A stretch of 64,000 bases of DNA from the human T2T-CHM13v2.0 reference genome, Homo sapiens, in assembly GCF_009914755.1 (NCBI RefSeq), contig NC_060931.1. The stretch is one strand, 5' to 3'. Below, one piece after another: positions 49,845 to 64,000 of this stretch (position 1 is the first letter of the stretch; the number at the start of each line of letters is the position of its first letter). Below the pieces are notes generated by a model, which was not told the DNA's origin, searched no databases, and was given only the letters and a program-made list of their open reading frames with translations. A program made the position numbers and the translations under genes.

Positions 49845-52320
49845 ATTCATTCAGCACATTGTGAAGATCTACTATGAACTAAATTACCAATGTCTTGAAC
49901 AGAACTCAGGAAGGCTGGTGTCTAGTGAATAAGACATATACTTTCTAGAATAAGTATAACATAACATGTAAATGATATAGCAGACAGAGGTACTGGTTTC
50001 TACAGGAGAATTCTTAATCCAGACTAAAGAAAATAAAGTGAAACATCAGGAAATCGTTTTAGGCTAAATCATCAAGGAGCTAGTTATTCAGATGATTCAG
50101 ATAGGCCATTTCAGGCATAAAAATTCAGAAACAAAATGCATTAAGACCTTCGGGGGAAAGACAAATATGTATAAGTGAGAAAGGGACTGCATTGAGGTCA
50201 GAAAGGTAAGCAACGACTTGGGTGTCATGCTAAGAAATATGATTTTACCCTGAAGGTTATGGGGATAGACTGAAGAATATAAAGCTGGAGAGAGAGATAT
50301 GACCAGATTTGGCTTTTAAAAAGATCATGTTGGAAACAATATACCAGTAGTCTGTTAGGAGATGACAGTGGAAATTTAAGTGAGAAATGATGAGGTCCTC
50401 AGCCAAGGTAGTGGTAGTAGGGATGCAAAAACAAGAATTCAATCAATAAATACACAGTAGAACCTACTATGGCTGGGTATCATTCAAGGCACTAAGAATA
50501 AAACAGTAAACAAAAATCTCATCCCACAGGAACTTATATTCTAATGGCACAAACAATCTATAAACAAGATAAATAAATAATATAATAGTATTTCAGATAG
50601 GGATAAGTATAAAAGAGAAAAATGCTGGAAAGAGGAAGAGGATATATCAGGGAGTGGGATTGAAATCTTATACAGAGTAGCCAGGGAGGGTTAGTAAAGG
50701 CCTGAATGCTAGTAAAGGCCTGAATGAAGTGAATGAGCCGGCTATGAGAAGATCTAAGTCCAGAGCATTTCCATAATAGAGAAGAGCAAGTACAGAAGCC
50801 CTGCAGCAGTGCTGTGCTTGTATGAGTGGGAGAAAAGAAATGGGAGTGGGGGTTGAAGAGAAGGCAGTTGACTATGTCTACACCCCTTGTCCTCTGGACT
50901 TCTAAGTAAATACACTAACAGTATTTATCCAAGAGGCAGAAACAATCTCTGAAATACCCGTAGCAAGATGTCCCTAGCTAATGATTCCTATAGTAAACAG
51001 AACGCAAGATTTATGAGGTATATCTCCCTAGATAATATTTTCAACAGATAGAACTGTCTAGAGTATTAAATGGAGATGTTTCATAATTTAAATATTCCTG
51101 CTATGTGAAGTAATCCCATGAACATCATATGGAGACTTCATCTGCTCTGAGCCAGAGAATCCTGTCCAATGTGGAAAGGACCTTGGAAGCTGCCCTGGAT
51201 ATCCTGGACCTCTCTCTCATTTGTCTAAGCTGTTAGAATGCCTGTATCTTTGACATTAATTAATAGAGTTTGATACTGGGCAAGATCTCTAATGCATGTT
51301 TATCAGATTTGACAGTCTGATCCTGTATGTTTGCTCAGAGAGGAAGAGCCCAGTGTGGCTGCTATATTGTGAATGGGAGGAGAATCATAAAAAAAATGAT
51401 TTCAGAGGCTTAACGAGTAGTCAGATAATATAGTCCCCTGTAAGACACTGTAAGGCCTTTGACTTCTGCTCTGAGAGAGGCGGGAAAATATTGAAGGGTT
51501 TGGAGTAGATAAGTGACATGGTAATTGTTACTGGTATCTTCAACAAATACTATAAGGTGCCAAGGACAGAAATAAGGAGACTAGTTAGGAAGCTGTAATA
51601 AGTAGGTTAAAGATGTTGGTGGCTGGGAGAGGTAAAGTTAGTGAGAAGTACCTGTATTCTGCATATATTCTGAAGAAAGAACCAAAAGGATTTCCCAACA
51701 GATTGGATATAAAATATGAAAACAACAAAAGAAAGAGGACTCAAGGATAACCTCAAGTTTTATGCCCTGAGCATGTGCAAGGATAAAACAGCTATTTGTT
51801 GAAATGAGGAGAACCATGGGAAACAGCTTAAATAGGAATGAGGAGGAGTTCTTCTTTGGATATACTGGGTTTCAAATCTAAGTAAATATCGAAATGCTGA
51901 TGAGAAGGGGACCATTGGATATATGAGTCTGGATATATAGGAAAGAAGTCTGGGATAGACAGATAAATTTGGGAGTCATCAGCATATCAATGGTATTTTT
52001 AAACCACAAGCCTGGATGAAATCACTAGAGAGTCACTGTTACTAGGGAAGAGGTCCATGAACTGATACCTAGGGTGCTCTAATTATTAGAGATCAGTAAA
52101 AGGAAGAGGAGTAAGCAAAGATGACTGAGTAGCGACTAGGGAAATTAGTGAAACACTAGGAGCACATGGCTTTACTGGAAGCCAGGGGAAGAAAGCATTT
52201 CAAGGAAGAAAGAATGATCATCTGTGCCTTTTTAACAGTAAAGAAAAACGAGGATTAAAATTTGTCCATTGGATTTTGCAACATGCAGGTTGCTGGTGAC
52301 CTTAATAAGAGATATTTAAA
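49845..52320 (-). mobile_element. Stack of L2 fragments (L2a-like)
   Basis: TTCATTCATTCAGCAC 3' end; AATTTGGGAGTCATCAGCATAT and CCATTGGATTTTGCAACATGCAGGTTGCTGGTGACCTT L2 motifs; unassigned insert near 50870-51330. Confidence 0.75.
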
Positions 52321-54299
52321 AGGCAAAACACATCCCCATTTTAGATATCTAAAAATAATTCCTAAGGTTCTGGCTAGGATAAATGGGTAGGTGATAGGCT
52401 GCAGATGGACTTAGTGAGTACAGTTATAATACTCCATACTCAGCTTCAAAGTATGAGGAAAAACACCCAATTACATTTCTAACTAATGAAGTGTTAACAC
52501 TTAAAATGAAATTTAAACACATTAACACAGGAAATCAGGGGGAAAAGTCTCACATCATACAGTTTACTATTTTTAACCTGTCTCTTCTTAAAATGAGATC
52601 ATGAACATCACCTGACAAGGGCACGGGCCCATTTACAAACAAAATTTTCTTGGATTAAAGGGCCTCCTCTGTTTAAGAGGAGAGATCCAGATTTAGGTCT
52701 ATAAGCTTGCCCAACAGTGTCAAATCCTCTGGGTACAGAAGATATTTCCAAATCAGACATTTCTGCTGGAAACAGCAGATGGGAATTTTGTTTTATTTTA
52801 TACATACCCTTTTGGCAAATATATCTCTGAAAAACTTGCCCTGCAGAAACTAATTGTCTAAGCAAGATTTTCTTTTTTTTTAGGTTTTCGCCCAACAGGA
52901 ATCAAATCTGTGAATAGAGAATTTAAGGCTGGATAGCAGCACTATTTTTGACTTGATTACAAAGCAGAAACAGAGAAGACCAGGCACTGACTGGCTAGTT
53001 GCAGGGAAGATTAGACGGTGAGATTGGCATCCAGGGAAAATGCACGGCCAACTGGGAGGCTGCCCCACTACCTTAATGCCAGGGATACTAGATATGGAAA
53101 CAGCCAACCATTTCCAGACTCTGTTGAAGAAGCAGTTTTCTCATATTGGTAAATGTGGCTCAGGGTGGATAAAGGGCTAAATCTCCCAGAAGTGAAGTTT
53201 TGGTACCCACAGTTGTACAGCATGATATGCTGTAGGGCAGGAACCAATGGGAAAGGACGCTGATATACTGAATTCCCCCTATTAAATTCCAATCCTTTGT
53301 TACCTTCATCTTTACCTGCATCTTTGTTACCTGCATCTTGCAAATAAGCAAGAGTTAACTGTTTAAAGCAAGCAAGCAAGCTTGTTTACAGATCATTGAA
53401 AACAATTATCAACTTGATGAGCTTCAAAGAGCTGTGGGATAATTTAGTACTAATCTAAAGAGATAGACAACATTTCTAAAATGTTGCTTATTTTAGCAGA
53501 AAACAGTTTAAGGCAGATTCCTTCCCACATGGTTCAGCTGACAGCCAGCTGCCCACATAAATTCACGTGAGTACATTCTCTCCAACTGTCTCTGAACATA
53601 GAATAGGCTATATTACTAAAAGCCTTTTTCTGTTGGAAATGTATTCTATTAAACACTTTTTCTCCTAAGCCTCAGCTGCACTTTCATGAGCAGTATATTG
53701 AACCCAAATCAAAATCTCTACTTTGTGTTGAGATCTCTGATTCTCAATGGAATCTGATAAATATCAATTTGATTTAACAAACCATTTTGGAGCAGTGATA
53801 ATTTGTCAGGAGCTGTACTAATGAAAATATGCTTTAGAGACCAATTCTTATCATCAAGGATTGAAGGATGGGGTGAGCAAGGACAAAGGAATCAGAAAAA
53901 AATTTCATGGAAGGGACATTATTTGAGATGGACTGTGAAACATGGCTAGGGTTTCAAAGGGTAGAAGAACATTCCTAAAAGAAAACACAATGTGCAAAGA
54001 CCCAGAAGGGCAGAAGCACTGAGTCTGCACAGGCCCAAGAAAGGTCTGCTTAGAAATTGCTCAAGATTTCAGAGTAGCAGAGTGAGATGATCCAGGTTTG
54101 ATTTTTTGAAAATTAGACTAGGGGCAGGATAATGAAAGCTCTAAAAATATGAGAAAGAAAGAGAAAGAAAACAAGCATTTGTGGTCAAGAAAAGAAGGGG
54201 TTTCTGTTTTTATTCAGGGAAATTTAAAGGAAAATAGATTTTTGTAGGCATTACAGGATTAAAGTCTACATGACTGGGTTAATGACTGATTACCCAAGT

Positions 54300-54580
54300 C
54301 AGTGAGGCCTTCCCTAACCAATCTATCCTAAAATCACAGCAGCCTGCTCTCACACATGGGGGCATGCCTCTTTTAGAGTTGATTTTTGAAATAGCACTTA
54401 CCACAACCTAACATACTTTAAACATGTTTAAACATATATTAAAGCATATTTTACTTACTTAGTTTATTGTCTGTCTTCCTTGAATATAATGTAATATTTA
54501 TGAGAACAGTGACTGCTGTATCTCTACAAACATAAGTAATAACTAATTCACTAAATGCATAAACACATGAATGAATATAA
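54300..54580 (+). mobile_element. L2 3' fragment
   Basis: CAGTGAGGCCTTCCCTAACCA...TTTATTGTCTGTCTTCC...ATGAATGAAT. Confidence 0.6.
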
Positions 54581-54608
54581 AAATGACTGAAATCTAACAC
54601 TGTCATTA

Positions 54609-54935
<327 letters not shown>

Positions 54936-56928
54936 CTATCTCCAGCTCTGGCACTAAGAACATCAGTTTAGGCAAGTTACTTTTCTTCCATAAAGTGCAT
55001 TTCCCTCATCTATAAAATTGAGGCCTAACTGAACTTACATACACCCACTGTAAAATTAGACTAAGTCCCCAGTTAAATAGCTAAGACTACGGCATTTTCC
55101 TGCCAGACATGTGAAATTGCCACATTTTTGTCATGCCACTGCCCTCTTATACACATAGTTAAAATCACTTAGCCAGAAAGAACTTATGATGCAATAGACA
55201 TGCTTCCATTTAAAGGAATGTTTACAAACAGCAGCTCTCCTATTTCTTGAATCAAGCTCAGCATGAGCAAGGTCACAGCCTCATTCAGATGAAGAAAGCA
55301 AAGTCAAGGCCCGGGTGTCTTTGATCAATTTCTCTACCCTAGCTTTCCCATGATCCAGAAAGTTTGTTTCCCCAAAGGCCGCCCTTAACTGATTCAATAC
55401 CATGTTTTCTGGATGATTTTGATCATAAGTTTGGTCTGAGGATCACAACTACAAATTCAATTCTTCCATATGTCCAAAATTCCCTTTAGTGCTAACGTGC
55501 TATATTTCCATAAATTTTTATAGAAACTTACCAAGCTGTGGGGTTGATAATCTTTCTTTCTTCTTAATACAAATGCATCATCAGAATACGCATGGTCTCA
55601 AACATACCTTTTTTGAGGCATTAAAAAAACATAGTGATTTAGGGGAATTTTAGGTAATTTGAATGGGTAATAAAAAACAATTGTAAAGTCCTTTGAAAAT
55701 GTAAAATTACTAAGATTTATTCAATGTCATTATTTAAACATACCCTAATTTGTTATTATTTAACATTTGTTTCCCAGTTGGTCAGTTATGGCTGATGAGC
55801 TGCAGGGTGATGGGAACTTCATGCCATCTGTTTCATTGCTAGGAGCGCTAGTCTCCCCAGGTCACTTACTGTGATTATAAACATGGCCTCAAAGGAAACA
55901 GTGACTCCATGCCCTAAGAGGCCAGAAGCTCAGATTTTCTTCTCCCAATTCTCTCACCGATTTACTGGGCAACTTCTAAGGAGGACATTCTTAACCTTGA
56001 ATTATCTTTTGACCCAATCTTTAATAGACTTAATAGGGGTAATATTTTTTTTCTTTTTTGAGCTTTCAGATTATATTAACTTTTTTTCTATATACTATTC
56101 TCCAGGGGTAATATTACTTCTCATCCATAAAGGTGTTTGCTGGATTAATTAAAATATTATTCCAGGATAGACCACAAATTGAAATGTGGAACAATGATCA
56201 TTCCTTCATGTCTATGAGTTCATGAGTCATTGTATAAAAATAGTGTCGGTTCATTCTCTGTATCATTACAGAGTATCTTTTTCAAAGAAGAAGTAGTAAA
56301 TTCTGGCCCATTCATGCCTGTATGCTATCTATTTAAGTATGGTAATTCAAGACATTTTTTAATTGGCACTAATTATAAATAATAACCCCAGCTTCACAAA
56401 ACAAACAGAGGAAGCAGTCACTGATACATTTACTTTAGAATTAGACAAAAGTCTCTGTCCCCAATTTTCTCACTCATCAACACAGCACCACCATGATGTT
56501 TTAAATTCTACCATTAGAGATTTATCTCTCTATGTGTTATATATTATTCCCCCCAAGACATTCTCTTTTAAAAAGCTGATATCCCTAAAAGGAGTAGGAT
56601 ATTAGGATGCAACCAATCAATAACATTGTGTGAAGTCTCACAGGGTGGAAGGAACTCAAGAGTATTAGATGTTTTGTGGATAGCAGAGATAGAAAAGGGA
56701 GGCAGGAGTTGTCTTAAGACAAACTTCACCTAGCTCATGGTTTTGCCCAGGAACAGGCTTCAGCTATGTGGTGGCAGCAATAGGAAAACAATGCCAAAGA
56801 GGTAAACTTGCTGGGTTTCAAAAATTTTGTTTTTGTCGTTTATCTAATAAAAAAAAAAAAAAAAAAAAGGAGCCAGAAGCGAAAACTACATTCCCAGGGT
56901 AGAGATATGAGTTAAACTTCACATTTCT

Positions 56929-56931
<3 letters not shown>

Positions 56932-56974
<43 letters not shown>

Positions 56975-57261
56975 AGACCAAGTCTTGCTCTGTTGCCCAG
57001 ACTGGAATGCAGTGGCATGAACGGGGCTCACTAAAGCCTCAACCTCCTGTGCTCAAACAATCCTCCTCCCACCAGCCTTTCCAATAGCTGGGACCACAGG
57101 CGAGCACCACCATGCCTGGCTAATTTTAATTTTTCTATTTTATGTAGAAATGCAACCTCACCCTGTTGCCCTAGCTGGTCTAAAACCCCTGGGCTCAAGC
57201 AATCCTCCTATCTCAGCCTTCCAATACCTGGGATTACAGGTATGAGCCACTGCACCTGGCC
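56932..57261 (-). mobile_element. AluJ SINE with 42-nt pure poly(A) tail
   Basis: J-type features; TSD aaacttcacatttct (56914-56928) / aaacttcagatttct (57262-57276). Confidence 0.9.
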
Positions 57262-58398
57262 AAACTTCAGATTTCTATACAAACTATTATCTTTTCTGGT
57301 CCTTGGTAAATTGGAGGCATCTGCAAATATTGTCCATTTTTTATTACTTCTAAAGTAGGTGGAGCAAGGTCCAGTTACTGCATAGGGCACAAAAGTAAGG
57401 ACAATACAGGGAGAGAGGGCTCAGGCTCTGCCTATGCTACTTCTGCCTACAACTGCCAGTGTCTGAGATCCATACCTAGTCATGAGTTGACAGGGCACTG
57501 GCAGGGCAGAGTTTGTGGCGATAAGAGGCTTCACTGTAAAATTTTTTATCAAAAGCAGCATCTGCTCATTTAAGAAACACTTTTATCTGATTCATTTCCT
57601 TGTCCCAACAAATACCAGTCTTTTTCATATTATTATATTGTCTCATCATGCTAAGACACTATATAAATAAGCATTAATAAATGCAATCCATATAGAAAGA
57701 CATTATTCATATGGAAAGACTGAACAAATGATAGAATTTTTAAGCCAAATCAAGTATATATCATCTTGAAAGACATGCAAGTATGCAAATAAATGTAAAA
57801 TAAAGTGGCAAGTACAAAAATTATATGTGTTTGCTATATACTATGGACTCTCCAGAAACAGTGCCACTTTTTTCATCTTATAATTAAAAAATAAAAAGAC
57901 ATATTCACTGACAAGTATTATTAAACACACTATGAATACAGTATTTTCTTCTGTATGTATATGATGTTAAATGCAAGTTTTAATTAATGGTAGTATGTAT
58001 TACAGTTTTTTTTTAAAAAAAAACAATGTTCACATCATGAAAGAAGATGTAACAAATTATGAAATTATGTTATCAAAATATGGAATTATGTGTTTAAATC
58101 CAGTTAAGCCCCAGTATCCTATCTAAAAGAAGACCTATCAAATGCAAACTCACCACACAGAAATGCTATCCTAAAGTATATCATCAAAATCCACTCAGAA
58201 ATTTTCCTGGAGTTGCACCATTTTTGGCTACCTATACCTGCTCTAAGGAGAAGCTCTTATCATGTTCTGATTTGAGAATACCTCTTTCAATATTGGCTAA
58301 CTCTTCTTGTCTTTCAAGATTCAGGGCAGGCATCACTCTTTGGTACTGCATGTTATTATATTAACCTATACAAACCCTATTCCTATTGTACCATCTTT

Positions 58399-58416
58399 GT
58401 GTGTGTGCATGCATGT

Positions 58417-58464
<48 letters not shown>
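58399..58464. repeat. (TG)n microsatellite
   Basis: Directly visible. Confidence 0.95.
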
Positions 58465-58466
<2 letters not shown>

Positions 58467-59342
58467 CCTCCCCACTGATTTGAAAATCACCGATTTTCTT
58501 TTCCTAGTGCCTACAATGTAGCTGCCCTAATTAAATGGGGGAAGAGAAAGCTGGCTTGCCTTTTATTTAAAAAAATAAAAAACTATTTCATTCAAAGAAA
58601 ATGTGTCAAGTGAATGTACTGTAGCACAGATTCCATTACTTGAAAGTTATCATTACCTGTCTCCCATTATGATAAACTTCAGTAGTGCCTTAAAGAAACC
58701 TTTTCAACTGATCTGCTTTTCATTTTTTAATAATGTTCAGTATTATTCTTGAACATAGTGACAGAATGCAATCCTAGGACTGAAGAGTCTAAATGTATTC
58801 TATTTGTCATGAGTATTGTATTTAGTGACTTGAATTCTTTTTTATGTAGATGTAGTCCATCAGTTATCTTATATATTTATCAGAGTTCACTATAAAGAAA
58901 AAAATTTCTTTAAAAATATGATGCAGAAGAGAAGAAACTTTATGCTATTATGTGAGCAAATTAGCTGTCAAAACCAACTTTAAAAGGCTTACCAAATAGC
59001 ATCCTACCCTTTGGAAAGTAGTTGCCAAGGTAAAGAGTTTAATCAAAGTAATTTCTACATGATGCCTATATTTCAATAATTTATGAACGGTACGTTTGAA
59101 CTGAAAAGACCTCCATCTAATAAAAACACAAGTATTTATTTGTTTTTATTTTCTTACTCATAGAATTTTTTCTTTATTCCTCTAGGAATATATAACAATT
59201 GGATTTTGTTTATGCCAACTAACATGGCATCTCTAAAATGAGCACTTATCTTACATGAACAATTTTTCAAAATCTTAGTGTAAAGTACAGTCTCAGGACC
59301 ACATAACTCCCGCTAAGACTATTATATACTCCATTAACATAC

Positions 59343-59716
59343 TGATATGGTTTGGCTGTGTCCCCACCCAAATCTCATCTTGAACTGTAGTTCCCATAAT
59401 CACCACATGCCATGGGAGGGACCCAATGGGAGGTAATTTAATCACGGGGACAGTTACCCTCATGCTGTTCTTATGATAGTGAGTGAGTTCTCATGAGATC
59501 TAATGGTTTTATAAGGGGCTTTTCCCCCTTTTGCTTGGCACTTCTCCTTCCTGTTGCCATATGAGGAAGGACGTGTTTGCTTCCCTTTCCATCATGATTG
59601 TAAGTTTCCTGAGGCCTCCCCAGCCATGCTGAACGGTGAATCAATTAAACCTCTTCCTTTATAATTTACCCAGTCTTGGGCAGTCCTTTATAGTACTGTG
59701 AGAATGGATTAATATA
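59343..59716 (+). mobile_element. THE1 (THE1C/D-like) MaLR solo LTR
   Basis: TGATATGGTTTGGCTGTGTCCCCACCCAAATCTCATCTTGAA start, ATTAAA signal, 5-bp flanks catac/cacac. Confidence 0.92.
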
Positions 59717-59840
59717 CACACCCAATGGAAGAATGGACAAAAGCTGAATAACATAAAATTCATCACAAATTAAGACTGCTTTTGGAGTAAAATAATGTAA
59801 ATTACACTTATGCCCTCATGCTGTATTTCACTGCTTTGGC

Positions 59841-60033
59841 CAGTGGTTCTCAAGCTTCAGTGTACATCAGAACCACAGGGAAGGCTTATTAACACAGATT
59901 GTTGGGCCTCACATTCAGAGTTTCTGATATAGAGTAGGTCAAGGTTGGGGCCTAAGTAAGTCCATGTCTAAATTCCAAACATCCAAGTGATGCTGATGTT
60001 GCTGGTCACGGGACCACATTTTGACAATCAGTG
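59841..60033. mobile_element. MER5A hAT MITE
   Basis: CAGTGGTTCTCAA ... GATGCTGATGTTGCTGGTCACGGGACCACATTTTGA. Confidence 0.85.
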
Positions 60034-60049
60034 GCCCAGGTAACTACAT

Positions 60050-60970
60050 CCACACAGATGCCTGCCATGACTCCAAATCCACCTCTCAGGATCAGGCTTA
60101 TCTATCCAATTGACCATCTGGATATCTTGGAGAGTCCCTAAGTACAAATGCCCTACATTACCTAAAACCTATCTCAGAAAAAAATGACACCACCATGAAG
60201 CAAGTTGCTCAAGTTGTTCAAGCTTAGAAGTCATTCTTAACTACTTTCTCTCTCTGGTCACATTCTATTCCTACACATGTTTCCAACCTGTCTACTTCAT
60301 CTCTATTACCACACTAATCTAAACCAGAGTCATCTCATGCTTGGACCACAGCAACAGCCTCCTAATCAGATAAATACAAACACTCCATTTCTACTTTTTC
60401 CCCACCCGATCTGTTTTCTGTAATGCAGACAGAATAACTGTTATAAAACATAAACATGATGACATTAAAATTCTCCAATGACTTCTTATATCTTTTAGAC
60501 AAAGTCTAAAATCCTTAATGTGGCTTCCCATAACCTCCAAGATAAAGCCCTTACTATATCTCTTCAGGATTATCTTGTGTAAACTCTCCCACCTAACTAT
60601 GCTGGCCTTCAACCACTTCTCATTTTATCCTCCCTCAGGGCTTTTGCTCATGCTAATGTCTATAAACAGTCTCCACCTTGCTTTTTTAGCAAACTCCTCA
60701 TTTCTTGGATCTCAGCTTAAATGGCATGTCTAATACAAACCTTTCCTGATTCCCCAAAATAAATAAATCACTACTATATTCTCAAAAGGCACTGTACACT
60801 GCTACTTTAGTATGATTAAACACACTGAAAATTACTTGGTCATACTACAACTATTTACCTCACTAGCTAAGCTCCACAAGGAACCATTCTGTCTTGTTCA
60901 ACATTTTAATCTCAAGGCCTGTACAGTGCTTCACACATAGTAAGTGTCCCAAACTAGGCACTGATTGGCT
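60050..60970 (+). mobile_element. L2 fragment
   Basis: AGTCATTCTTAACT...CAACAGCCTCCTAA...CTCAGGGCTTTTGCTCATGCT...CACATAGTAAGTG. Confidence 0.7.
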
Positions 60971-61375
60971 GATACATAGACTATTATAAAAATTTTTATG
61001 TGTTAATAGAGAAGAGGAGCAAACAAAAGTAGAAAAGAGCTGACCAAGTTCACAGAAATGTCCAGCCATGGGCTTATTCCCACAGGACATCCCCAACCTT
61101 TTCAATTGGGCTCACCTAGCCCTTTTCTTTGGGCCCACACACCTCAGACTCTAGGACCAAAATTGGCAATTGGCAGAAAGATAGAGATTTCAAAGTCAGC
61201 TTTTCATTTACCCAGTAAGATCACCTCAGATTATAATACAGAAGTACATAGCAAGAGTACAGAAATTAGCTAACTGATCTAGATGTTGGAGGAGGTGACA
61301 ATGGAGTCTTGATAGAGTATAAAGAACATTACAAATGGAAGAAACACCTAGATCAAAGTCCAGAAATTAAAAATA

Positions 61376-61799
<424 letters not shown>

Positions 61800-64000
61800 T
61801 CATAGCCTAACAGGAAAAATATGGAAAACTAGACATCATACATAATAATAAACTCTAAAATAAAGGAAGTGGCCGGATATAGAACAACAGTTATCCTGCC
61901 ATGGGTATGGGGTCATCATGAACAAAGCATATAAACTTCTACCTTGAGGATGCAGGGAGGTGCACGTGCAATATTGTGAGATTCAGAGATAGGGGACATT
62001 CATTCCACCTGATGAAGGAACACTTCCCGAGGGAGCAAGGTCTGAAGGGGTCTTAAGTTCTGGATATACAGAGGTTACGGTTAGGAACATTCAAGGCTCA
62101 AGCAAAATCATAGCCAAAACCACAAATATTACATGGAATATTTCTGGAATTAATAATTATGTTTGGCTGGAGCATAGTGGCATAAAGGGAAGGAATGAAA
62201 AGGATATAAATAAAAGTAGGTTTGATCTTAATACTGAGAGGATGCAAATACCAAAGTCATCAGTTTGATTTATAACAAACTCCATTTTTTATTAAGAACT
62301 ATATATACTTCTTAAATTTTATGGAAACTAATAACTTGCCTACAGTTTCTTCAGTCAACATATAATTTTCAAAGTCTTTCATGGGAAGAAAATGTGCTTC
62401 CCTAACCTATTCTTTATTTACTCTGCCAATGACACCCAAAATTATTACTTCCATCTGGGTTTTAATTACACCTGTTTTTCCCAGGGGGAAAAAATCAATG
62501 TAAATCCAAATAAAATATAGTAGATAGTTCTAAAATGTAATTAGTGATAATAATCAAGCAATTCCTACAGGAAAAATTTACAAGTCTCTGATCTGGTAGG
62601 ATCACCTTTTCAAAATGGGAAGTCATCATTACATAATATGAAACATTAAAACTTCCATTAAAAGGAAGGCTAAAATGAGTCTTAAATAAGATGCACTCAT
62701 ATTAAGAATCTTTTTACAGTAACTGAAGAGAATCTTAATTATTTTACTTTACTTGAGCCTCTCTAAAAACCTTATTGCCAGTAATTTGGGCTGACGAATG
62801 TAGTCAATACAGAAGAGCCTCAATTTTAACACTTCTCCCTCAAAGCCTGTCCCTCTTGTGGTTTTCTGATAGGCTATTGTTAGATTCATTTACAGTAAAA
62901 TAATTACCAGCTCCCTAAGCAAGACACATAGCAGGTTATCTATTGTCCCTTAGAGGACTGTTGGACTGTTCTTAACAAGCATACTAAATTACAATAGCAG
63001 CTTTATTGCAATTAACAAACAGACATGAATCACCAATCCAGTTATATCTCAAAAGAGAGAAGGGTTTTCTGAAGTATACTGCTGTGGTTGTTTTCTGAAC
63101 AACTGTTTTGTAATCCTAAATTCAAAGACCCGTATTTAAGCAAACAGGCACATGTCCCAGGAGCAGGCAACACAGATAGAATAGTTTTTCTTGTTATTCC
63201 CAACAGAAAGAGTAATAGTATAATGATTTAGAGAATTAACAGAGTGCAGACATGAAAAGATACCAGCATTCCCCATCAGTACGTAAAGCACTCACGCTTG
63301 ATCATTTACAGCTCTGTCTGCTTGACATCTTCCAGTCTCTGATCCCAAAGCAGTAGCACCAAGGCGCAACTCTGCTTCTTCATTTACATTGACATTCTAA
63401 TCTCGAGATGTGTCAGAATTAAAGTTGGCAAGTTTCCAGACTATTTGAATTCTTTCATGTTGAGAAAAATGCAATTGCACTGTGCATATTCATAGGAATC
63501 CCATGGAGGCTCCCAGAGGATCTGCTCACAGAGACAAGGAATACAGGTCAGTGCCTGTAAGTCAATGAGACCACATTGCCCACTCATAAGAGGTGGAGGG
63601 ACGCTAATGAGATAAGAGACTTGGCCCAAATGCTTCTCTACAAATAACAGTAAAGCACTCTCACACAAACATTTCTACCAACAAACTCAAATATTTCCGA
63701 GGAGAATTAGCTTGTTAAAAAGAAAGTTTATGTTCTGAATTGAATTCCTAATGGTTTTGAACCAGAATTACTGTTCCCCCAACTAGCATTTCTATACTTG
63801 GGCTACTTCCTACAAGTAATTCACACTCCAAAAACAGTTGTGGGGGACTGGTGAAGGAAAGACAGTAATTATACTGAAAATGTAATAATACAAAATTCAC
63901 TTCTAACAAATCAGATACAACTTATTCAGTGTGGGAGGTGTGCATGAGTTATTCACAAGGTAACACAATTAAGTTTTAACATACAATTTTATAGGGATTG

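Noticed and set aside
52608-53379. Chain of minus-strand ORFs (63-103 aa)
   Set aside because: Mostly non-ATG starts, different frames and no recognisable domain
63290-63400. Strong minus-strand donor GTGAGT with an upstream open frame
   Set aside because: No convincing acceptor or promoter and an unrecognised peptide; an isolated donor is expected by chance

Overview
This is AT-rich primate genomic DNA, and the L1HS diagnostics indicate human. It looks intronic or intergenic, and I recognise no host protein-coding exon. The dominant feature is a full-length (~6.03 kb) LINE-1 on the minus strand (31878-37910). It has all diagnostics of the youngest human subfamily, L1HS Ta-1d: a 13-bp target-site duplication, complete 905-nt 5'UTR with YY1 site, intact ORF1 (338 aa), 63-nt spacer, intact ORF2 (1275 aa), intact antisense ORF0 (71 aa), 3'UTR and a short poly(A). 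It is therefore a candidate retrotransposition-competent source element. It inserted ~64 bp from an older 5'-truncated L1PA in the opposite orientation, creating a ~2.3-kb-arm inverted repeat. The rest is a typical mosaic of Alu, old L1, L2, MIR, LTR (MER52, MLT2, THE1) and DNA-transposon fossils (Charlie1, Tigger3, MER2, MER5A, MADE1) plus microsatellites. I find no evidence of a previously undescribed biological system; what is notable is this particular L1 copy and its context. Repeat subfamily calls and residue comparisons rest on remembered consensus sequences, not a database search, and boundaries of old repeats are approximate.
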